Under the pieces are notes generated by a model, which was not told the origin of the DNA, searched no databases, and saw only the letters and a list, made by a program, of their open reading frames with translations. Positions 57,562 to 64,000 of a stretch of 64,000 nt of DNA are shown here, one piece after another. The stretch comes from a bacterium (GTDB lineage: Bacteria; RBG-13-61-14; DATKZS01), in NCBI GenBank assembly GCA_963674965.2, contig CAXXFL010000004.1, forward strand, positions 192,001 to 256,000. Reading direction: 5' to 3'. The stretch's first letter is position 1. The number at the start of each line of letters is the position of its first letter. The translations under genes were made by a program, and so were the position numbers.

Positions 57562-58797
57562 TCAATTCGACCGCGCCTCCAGGTTTACGTATTTATTCAA
57601 GGGTCTTTCCAGTTCCCCGGCCCTCGAGTCGTCTCCCTTCAGGTAGGTCTCGAAAAATACCGCCGAGTAGTCCTTATAGGCCTGGGCCTTCTTCTTGTAG
57701 CCCGAGCGGAACCCGGGCAAAAACATCTTGACCAGGAAACTGGCCGCCAGGGTCATGTCCGATATGGTCATGTGATCGGTCTTGTCCAGCCTGATGGCGT
57801 ACTTGGGCGGGGGAGCGTTGTCGTATATTGCCTGGATCGGCTCCCAGGGCACTTCCATTTTCTTGTGTCCGCCCGAGATGATCATGATGGGTACCTCGAT
57901 CTCCGAGGCCGCCCGCTCGATCTCGGGAAAGAACGCCGCCGGGCCAAGGGGCAAGATGGCCTTCACCCGCTCGTCCTTCGCCCCCAGGGCCCCCTGGGAG
58001 CGAACGGACTCCATGCAGCAGGGGTCCATGCCCTCGCGCAGGGTCAGGCCCCGGTCCATGTCGCACTGCCCGGCCTCGGGGCTGAAGTCCTCGCAGTGAA
58101 AGGGCACGCCGCCGATCATGAGCGTCGTATAGCCGCCCAGCGAGTGGCCCGTGGCCCCTATCCTCGAGGGGTCGATCAAGCCCTCGATCACGTGGCCTGA
58201 GGCCCCGTTCCACTCGAGGGCCTTGTCGATGGCCGCCGAGGCCTCCCTCGGCCGATAGGAAAAGTCGTAGCCCATCTCCTCGAACTTGTCCTTGAAAAGT
58301 TCCATCACCGTCCCGCCCAGGTCGCCACCGCTCTTGACGGCCGCCGAGGCGATCCGGCCCGGCGTAATGTCCGGCTCTCCCTGGATATGACACATGGCCG
58401 AGTCCAGGTGGTCGGGAGCCACCACCACGTAGCCGTAGCTGGCCAGGTTCTCGGTGTAATAAACCGACTGGTCCCCGCAGGCCCCCATGCCGTGAGAGAA
58501 AAGGATCAAGGGATAAGGCCCGCCCTCCTTGTCCGCCGGCGCGTCGTAAACGGCCGCCCCCACCACGGCGCCCCCCGAGTACTCGTAGGGCTCGGCCGAG
58601 GGCTCGGCCGCCGGGTACCAGAGCATGACCCAGGTCGGGCGCCCGTCAAGGGTGGCCTTCTCCACCGTGACCCCCACCTTATAAGGACCATCGGGCGAGA
58701 AAGTCTTGAGAGGCTTCTTTGCCCACGCGCTTCCGGATATTAACAAGGCCGCCAAAGCGGCGCAACACGCCATAAACCTCGCTTTGTTCATTACCAT
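57562..58797 (-). CDS. Secreted alpha/beta hydrolase (PAF-acetylhydrolase/dienelactone hydrolase-like)
   Basis: Signal peptide, PLILFSHG, GYVVVAPDH and GHSLGG motifs. Confidence 0.85.
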   Translation of the reverse strand: MVMNKARFMACCAALAALLISGSAWAKKPLKTFSPDGPYKVGVTVEKATLDGRPTWVMLWYPAAEPSAEPYEYSGGAVVGAAVYDAPADKEGGPYPLILFSHGMGACGDQSVYYTENLASYGYVVVAPDHLDSAMCHIQGEPDITPGRIASAAVKSGGDLGGTVMELFKDKFEEMGYDFSYRPREASAAIDKALEWNGASGHVIEGLIDPSRIGATGHSLGGYTTLMIGGVPFHCEDFSPEAGQCDMDRGLTLREGMDPCCMESVRSQGALGAKDERVKAILPLGPAAFFPEIERAASEIEVPIMIISGGHKKMEVPWEPIQAIYDNAPPPKYAIRLDKTDHMTISDMTLAASFLVKMFLPGFRSGYKKKAQAYKDYSAVFFETYLKGDDSRAGELERPLNKYVNLEARSN

Positions 58798-58849
58798 CTC
58801 CTTTCACGCGTGCATTATATCAAGAAAAGCAAAGGGAAGCCCGCTCGCG

Positions 58850-59416
58850 TCATTTCTCCCGCCCCCCTTGGCGAACGACCATGGTTTTTCCGGCCAGGTC
58901 CCCTATCCGCTGGTACTTTCGAGTCGCCGCCGCGGAAACGATGGTGGCCACGTGACAGGTAAGGAGGTCGGCCAGGCGGCACAGGTTTCTGATAAAGGCG
59001 GCCTTGGTCGTTACTCTCGAGCCGTCGGCCATGACCACCCTTATCCCCATAAGCGTCTTGCCGAGGCTCCTGCCCCATATTGCCTCGGTGACGAAGAAAT
59101 ATACGGGCAGAAATATATAATAAAAAAGCAAGATCGCCGCGCTCAGGGTGAACAAGACGTTAATAAATGAGCCCATGTCCCCGAGGAATACCGGCTCCTG
59201 AGACTTTATCAAATAGCGCCAAATACAAAAAGAAAAAGGGAGTTCGATCACGGCAAAGTCAATGCCATACGCGATGGACCTCCTTCCCAGGGAAGCCATC
59301 TCGTCCTCGCCTTCCCCAATCTCTATTCGAGGATTTTTCCGGGACCTGAAATGAAAATGCGCCGCCAGCACAGTAATTGCCGGTATCAGGAAAAAGACCA
59401 CGTCGCTAATCAGCAT
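58850..59416 (-). CDS. RDD-family membrane protein
   Basis: RRSIAYGID, GRSLGK and QRIGDLAGKT motifs. Confidence 0.88.
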   Translation of the reverse strand: MLISDVVFFLIPAITVLAAHFHFRSRKNPRIEIGEGEDEMASLGRRSIAYGIDFAVIELPFSFCIWRYLIKSQEPVFLGDMGSFINVLFTLSAAILLFYYIFLPVYFFVTEAIWGRSLGKTLMGIRVVMADGSRVTTKAAFIRNLCRLADLLTCHVATIVSAAATRKYQRIGDLAGKTMVVRQGGREK

Positions 59417-59711
59417 GGAAACATTTTTTCCAACTCCTGCGAATTTTGGCGTCCTCTAATAGGTCCCCGCCGGGATTCTCGGCTATCTTGGCTATGGCGT
59501 ATGGATGCAGAGGAATATCATCGCCAAGCCCGGCGGATACGGGGTCGGCCGGTTCTTCCCATATATCTGGGTCCGGCCGGAAAATATCGTTGGCCGACTC
59601 GTTTGGATTTACGGTTCTGTTTCTTCTGGCTTCGTCGTCGAGAGGCAGACAGCACTTCTTGTATTTCTTGCCGCTGCCGCAGGGGCCGGGAGCGTTTCGT
59701 CCGATTTTCAC
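59406..59711 (-). CDS. Short SEC-C motif protein (possibly truncated)
   Basis: GRNAPGPCGSGKKYKKCC with the first Cys replaced by Gly. Confidence 0.6.
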   Translation of the reverse strand: MKIGRNAPGPCGSGKKYKKCCLPLDDEARRNRTVNPNESANDIFRPDPDIWEEPADPVSAGLGDDIPLHPYAIAKIAENPGGDLLEDAKIRRSWKKCFHAD

Positions 59712-59758
59712 AGCTACTCCTTTTCCAGAATTCTTCCGTAATCGAGGACAGCAGGCAA

Positions 59759-62044
59759 TTAGAACAGACTGCCTTGCCTTGGATCGACGATCTCACGGGC
59801 CCACTGCCGCACCGATTCTGCCCTGTCGTCCAGGGCAGGCCGGATAAAGGACTCGCCGAATTCCTTGTATCCTTCTTTATATGCCGAAAGCCTTTGGGCC
59901 GCGTATTTGCTCTCCGTCATCCGTTCGAGGATGCGGCGCATGATCTCCCGGGAACCTTCCTCTTGCGAACCCCGGACCTTCTCCAGCATCTGTTCGTAAT
60001 TATGCCGCGTGTGCTCCGAGTAGGGGATCGATTCTACAAACTCGGCAATGAAGGGGACCTCCTCTTCCTCGGCAAGAAACTCAACACTGATACCGTCGTT
60101 AAAAATAAAGCCCTCTTCATCCTCTTCGTTAAGTGAAACGGGTTTCTCAGGTTCCGGCAGGGGAGGAGCGCCATCAAAAGCGCCGGGCGAAGCCAGTATC
60201 CTCGACAGGCCGTCGCGCAATTCCACCGGGACCGCGGCGATCTTCACCCGCCGCTTATTCACTTTCGCCATGCCAACGAACACCAATCCGTGGAGCCGCA
60301 GAAGCCCGAGGGGCGTTCTCGGCGTCTGGCCCTCGTCCCAGAACCAGGTGGCGTCTTCGTCCTTGCCGAACCTGCGGGACAGCTCCTGCATCGAGGCATG
60401 GCCGCCTTCATCGGCCAGAATATGTCCGAGCATCCGGCGGGACTCCTCCGGCAACCTCGACCAGATAAAAACAAGCGCGTCCTCGCGCGGCAACCGCTCT
60501 TTCAAAGCCTCCAGCCTCTCCTTGTTTTTCGCGAGTCCCAACATGCCCACCTGGTTGCATATGCCCTCGACCCAGTGCGCGGGCAGTTTCTTCAGGGCCG
60601 GCAGAAGTCCGGTGTTCGGCTTCAGTGCCTTATCCTCTAGTTCCCCGCGCCGCTCGGCCAGCATTTCCTCCATGAGTTCCCCGACCATACCGGGAGTGAC
60701 CAGGGGGAAGTCTGATTCATCAAGGTCCGCCAGGTCCACGGGCCGCGTCGGCTCGGCAATTTCGCTCTCATCCATTCCCCAGCGGGTGATGACGTCGGAT
60801 ACAAGCTCCGGGTCATCCACCATCAAAATGCGGGGCAATGGCTTGATCGCTTCGAGAAGTTCGGCCCTGACAATTTCGGACTTCTCTTTTTCGCACAGCC
60901 CCTTTTCCGCGAGAAACTCGAGCCACGCGGGCAACGCCAGCCCGAAAGCCGCGGCCCTGTACGGCTGGGGGAAAATGAACTGAAGCTTCTCGGCAAGGTG
61001 CTTGTCCGCCGATTTCGGCCTGGGAAGCAGCGCGCTCGCCGCCTTTTTCGCGGACAGGGCTTTATTTCCTTTCAACGCGGTCTCGAAGTTTTCGCTCAAG
61101 TACTCGTACATCTCGTCTTGTGCAAGCATGGACCGGGAGCGGATCCATCCGCGCCTGTAATGAAGAAAAGCGGAGAAATCCACGATGAGCAGGAACAGGT
61201 TCTTGGAGAGAAGACCATAGTCCGAGGTCTGGAAATCCTCGATGGTCCATTCCCGTTCCGACCGGCCCGAGTAATGGAACAGGATTTTCTCGAGCCATTC
61301 GGGGGTGACTCCATCAAGAGGCCCTACCTGGTCCAGGAACGAAACATTACTGCAATCACAATCCGGGTTGGAATCGAGGTGCTCTCCGATAAGTATGGCG
61401 GCGGCTTTATTCTGGAACTCTTCGATCCCGACGGGCAGGATGCCCGACATTTTCTTGACCTTGGGCCAAGCTTGCACCATGGCTGTGCTTAATTCCTTGA
61501 CGCGGCCATGATAGCGGAGTTTGTCGATTAAATAGAAGAACGGATCGAAAATCTTATCGTCAAGGTTCTCGGCCAGGGCCATGAGCGGCGTTTCCAGGTC
61601 CCCGCCGGGTTGCGACAAGGCCGCGTCCGCCCGCCAGATATTGAACCAGCCCGCATCCTCCGCGTACGCCTCCGGGCGTAGTTCCTCTATCCTTTTTATG
61701 ATTCGTTCGAACTCGTCGAAACGCCCGGCCTGCACCAGGGGAACGTGAAGGCATTCCATGATCTCGGACGCGATCTCACCATCAAACTCATCATCCCCCT
61801 CTATATAATCAAGGGCCAAGCGAAGCTTATCCTCGAATGAAGCCTTCTCAAACTCATCCCAAAACCGGTCGAAGTCCGAATCACGTACTTCCCGAACTCC
61901 AGAGTCATCATCGGATATATACTTCTCCTTCGCCGCGGGCAAACGAACAACCTTCGATTCATCCCTCTCTTTGTCCTGGCAGCACTTCTTGTACTTTTTG
62001 CCCGAGCAGCACGGACAGGGATCGTTACCGCCGATCTTTCCCAT
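59759..62044 (-). CDS. Large SEC-C motif protein
   Basis: N-terminal GGNDPCPCCSGKKYKKCC; 761 aa, helical and acidic. Confidence 0.8.
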   Translation of the reverse strand: MGKIGGNDPCPCCSGKKYKKCCQDKERDESKVVRLPAAKEKYISDDDSGVREVRDSDFDRFWDEFEKASFEDKLRLALDYIEGDDEFDGEIASEIMECLHVPLVQAGRFDEFERIIKRIEELRPEAYAEDAGWFNIWRADAALSQPGGDLETPLMALAENLDDKIFDPFFYLIDKLRYHGRVKELSTAMVQAWPKVKKMSGILPVGIEEFQNKAAAILIGEHLDSNPDCDCSNVSFLDQVGPLDGVTPEWLEKILFHYSGRSEREWTIEDFQTSDYGLLSKNLFLLIVDFSAFLHYRRGWIRSRSMLAQDEMYEYLSENFETALKGNKALSAKKAASALLPRPKSADKHLAEKLQFIFPQPYRAAAFGLALPAWLEFLAEKGLCEKEKSEIVRAELLEAIKPLPRILMVDDPELVSDVITRWGMDESEIAEPTRPVDLADLDESDFPLVTPGMVGELMEEMLAERRGELEDKALKPNTGLLPALKKLPAHWVEGICNQVGMLGLAKNKERLEALKERLPREDALVFIWSRLPEESRRMLGHILADEGGHASMQELSRRFGKDEDATWFWDEGQTPRTPLGLLRLHGLVFVGMAKVNKRRVKIAAVPVELRDGLSRILASPGAFDGAPPLPEPEKPVSLNEEDEEGFIFNDGISVEFLAEEEEVPFIAEFVESIPYSEHTRHNYEQMLEKVRGSQEEGSREIMRRILERMTESKYAAQRLSAYKEGYKEFGESFIRPALDDRAESVRQWAREIVDPRQGSLF

Positions 62045-62153
62045 TCAGGTTTCCCCTCTCCCATCTTGATATCCCATTTGATAACATTTCATCACAACTT
62101 GAACCATGAAGGAAATTTACAACTGGGAGGAGAATTTTGAAAGTTACCGATTG

Positions 62154-62180
62154 CTTCCGGGCTCGTCCACAGCCCGGAAG
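62154..62180. terminator. Perfect hairpin, possible terminator
   Basis: CTTCCGGGCT-CGTCCAC-AGCCCGGAAG. Confidence 0.45.
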
Positions 62181-62252
62181 TCTTTACAGATGTGACTTGC
62201 CTGGAAGTGTAATGCCCCTCAGCAAGTTGCGAGGCGCCCAAGCGGCCGCGCT

Positions 62253-62615
62253 TTATTTTAGCGTCTTCTTACGGGCCCCTTGCACTCTCGTGGCCGTGAA
62301 GCCCGACTCATCCCCCAGGTGGAAAAACAGCTTTCCCTCGATAACTCCTTGATCGTTCAGGACGACCCATCCTCTTCCACTGGCCTCGTCCATTTCATCG
62401 TAGCCGTCCCAGGAAAACTCCAGCGAAGGCCTCCCGTCGCGGATGTCCGGGCGGTGGTCGATCCAGCCTCTTACCAGCCCGAACTGAAACTCACCGGTCC
62501 CGTTCTTTTCGAACCGGATGAAAGCTGGTACTTCCATGTCCATGAAGTCCCGGTCCCACATCTCCATCTCTTCCATTCGCCATTCGCCCAACAGATCGGA
62601 TACCTTTTTTTTCAT
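62253..62615 (-). CDS. Conserved hypothetical beta-rich protein
   Basis: GEWRMEEMEMWD..GEFQFG..FSWDGYDEMDEASGRGW pattern, often seen near mobile DNA. Confidence 0.7.
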   Translation of the reverse strand: MKKKVSDLLGEWRMEEMEMWDRDFMDMEVPAFIRFEKNGTGEFQFGLVRGWIDHRPDIRDGRPSLEFSWDGYDEMDEASGRGWVVLNDQGVIEGKLFFHLGDESGFTATRVQGARKKTLK

Positions 62616-62776
62616 TGAAGCGCCCCCGCAATCAGTATTTGATAATTTCAGAAATCTGGGGACGCAGATCGCTGATAACGGTTTCAAATGGAGGCAGTCC
62701 AGGAACTAACGGCCCGAGCCATTGCTCCCAGGTTTTTTCGACAAAGCTCAACATCTTGAGAGTACCGAGTTCTATC

Positions 62777-63100
62777 CTACTTTTCGGTTTCTTCTTTAGC
62801 AATCTCGATTTCAAGTTTTGACCGTTCGATGGAAAGGTCAATCCACCTCTCGATCAGGCCCCTGAACTTTTTGTATTGCTTGATTTGGTCCCTGACGTCC
62901 TTCAGGAAGGGTGGACGCACATATTCTGTTTTGCTTTTTCCGTGATTGGTGTAGCTGATCTGGTGGAACGGTCCGATCTTTTTTTCAGGATCGCGGTACT
63001 GCACGGTCAATGAACCAGGGCGCATTCTTCCGATCCGTCCCAACTCCCGCCTGACCTTCTCGATTTCTCTTTCCACTTGCTTGAGTCGCTTTTTTTTCAT
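62777..63100 (-). CDS. DUF6788-like protein (mobile-element associated)
   Basis: MRPGSL..GPFHQISYT..GKSKTEYVR pattern. Confidence 0.65.
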   Translation of the reverse strand: MKKKRLKQVEREIEKVRRELGRIGRMRPGSLTVQYRDPEKKIGPFHQISYTNHGKSKTEYVRPPFLKDVRDQIKQYKKFRGLIERWIDLSIERSKLEIEIAKEETEK

Positions 63101-63107
63101 AATATAT

Positions 63108-63136
63108 AGCATAGCAGTGCTAGATAGTCATGTCAA
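63108..63136 (-). promoter_or_regulatory. Sigma-70 promoter, probably producing a leaderless mRNA
   Basis: TTGACA-17 nt-TATGCT with extended TG; ATG lies 7 nt downstream with no RBS. Confidence 0.6.
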
Positions 63137-63358
63137 GAAAAAAGTACAAATAACCGAGATATCGCATTAATCGAACGAGACATTTCCATCTCCATCAAAC
63201 GATACAAGCTCGGCGGGTGACCCGTCCGGTTTCGAAGAAACCGCGCGGGTCCCGCCAAGCTGGATGAGTAGACCGCCCCATCTCTACCCGTTGCCTCGTC
63301 TTCAATCCGCTCTTTGCCACTTTGCCCGACTTGGCGAGCTTACTCACGGATCCCTCTG

Positions 63359-64000
63359 TGCCAACGTAGATGAGACACTTCCCCTATGTTAAATTACTGT
63401 AGGGCGGGGGAGGTATTAGGATGTATAGAGAGATGGATGAAGACAGGAAGAAGGCAGGGATTGTTGGGGAGACGGAGGGAGCCCGTAGGGCGACCGGAGT
63501 CTCCCCAACCGGGACGGCCGAGCCGGAGGACACTCCTGCCAAGCGGCCCGAGCGGGTGGGGGCGCCGATCATTCTTCCCGAGCCGGAGGTCCCGGAAAAG
63601 CCCGCCCGGCGGCGCTTCACCGCGGCTTACAAGCTCGCAATCCTCGGGAAGGCCGACGCCTGCTCGGGGCATGGCGAGGTCGGCGCCCTGCTGCGCCGGG
63701 AGGGCCTTTATTCGTCGCACCTGACGGCCTGGCGCAAGCAGCGGGACGAGGGGGCCTTGAAAGCGCTTTCGCCCGTAAAGCGGGGCCGCAAGCCCAAGGC
63801 CAAAAACCCGCTGGCCGATGAAGTGGCCCGCCTCGAGCGCGAGAACGGGAAGCTCCAAAAGCGGCTCGAACAGGCCGAGATGATAATCGACTTCCAAAAA
63901 AAAGTTGCCGATCTGCTGGGGATACCCCTGGCCAAGCCGCCCGGCGAAGAGAGCGAATGATGGAATCGGCAAGCACGGCCGCTCCCCGGGTCGGCGCCAA
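63359..64000 (+). mobile_element. IS3-family element, left part (truncated by the window edge)
   Basis: Probable left end TGCCAACGTAGATGAGACA; orfA followed by an overlapping ATGA start of orfB at 63957. Confidence 0.75.
63421..63960 (+). CDS. IS3-family transposase OrfA
   Basis: RRRFTAAYKL..GALLRREGLYSSHLTAWR HTH plus leucine zipper and QKKV. Confidence 0.88.
   Translation: MYREMDEDRKKAGIVGETEGARRATGVSPTGTAEPEDTPAKRPERVGAPIILPEPEVPEKPARRRFTAAYKLAILGKADACSGHGEVGALLRREGLYSSHLTAWRKQRDEGALKALSPVKRGRKPKAKNPLADEVARLERENGKLQKRLEQAEMIIDFQKKVADLLGIPLAKPPGEESE

Noticed and set aside
63167-63358. Gene truncated by the IS3 insertion
   Set aside because: The minus-strand frame ending at about 63167 hits an upstream stop after about 30 codons and shows no recognisable motif

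Overview
A 64 kb window of a GC-rich bacterial chromosome whose gene content suggests a Deltaproteobacteria-like lineage (inference). The core-like backbone carries metG, tatD, tldD, resB, a selA-selB-selC(tRNA-Sec) cluster, tRNA-Thr(CGT), a GH20 hydrolase, signalling genes, tandem LEA_2 lipoproteins, a class IV aminotransferase, an amidase and a stressosome-like rsbRST operon. Accessory material: (1) a complete IS110 element at about 814-2080 whose non-coding left end folds like a bridge RNA and which appears to sit on a Shine-Dalgarno sequence; (2) a SWIM plus SNF2 pair after tRNA-Thr; (3) a mobile-element hotspot at about 45.6-50.5 kb with stuttered GGGGACA-type end motifs, an internally deleted REP-associated tyrosine transposase (RAYT), AT-rich passenger genes, a BrnTA pair whose toxin has a nonsense mutation, an IS1595 remnant, and an IS481 inserted into a REP-containing MITE that has a second copy at 34.1 kb; (4) a terminal island with SEC-C genes, a DUF6788-like gene and the start of an IS3. 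The best candidate for an undescribed system is the RAYT-end motif array that brackets passenger genes. All product calls come from motif recognition by eye, with no database searches.
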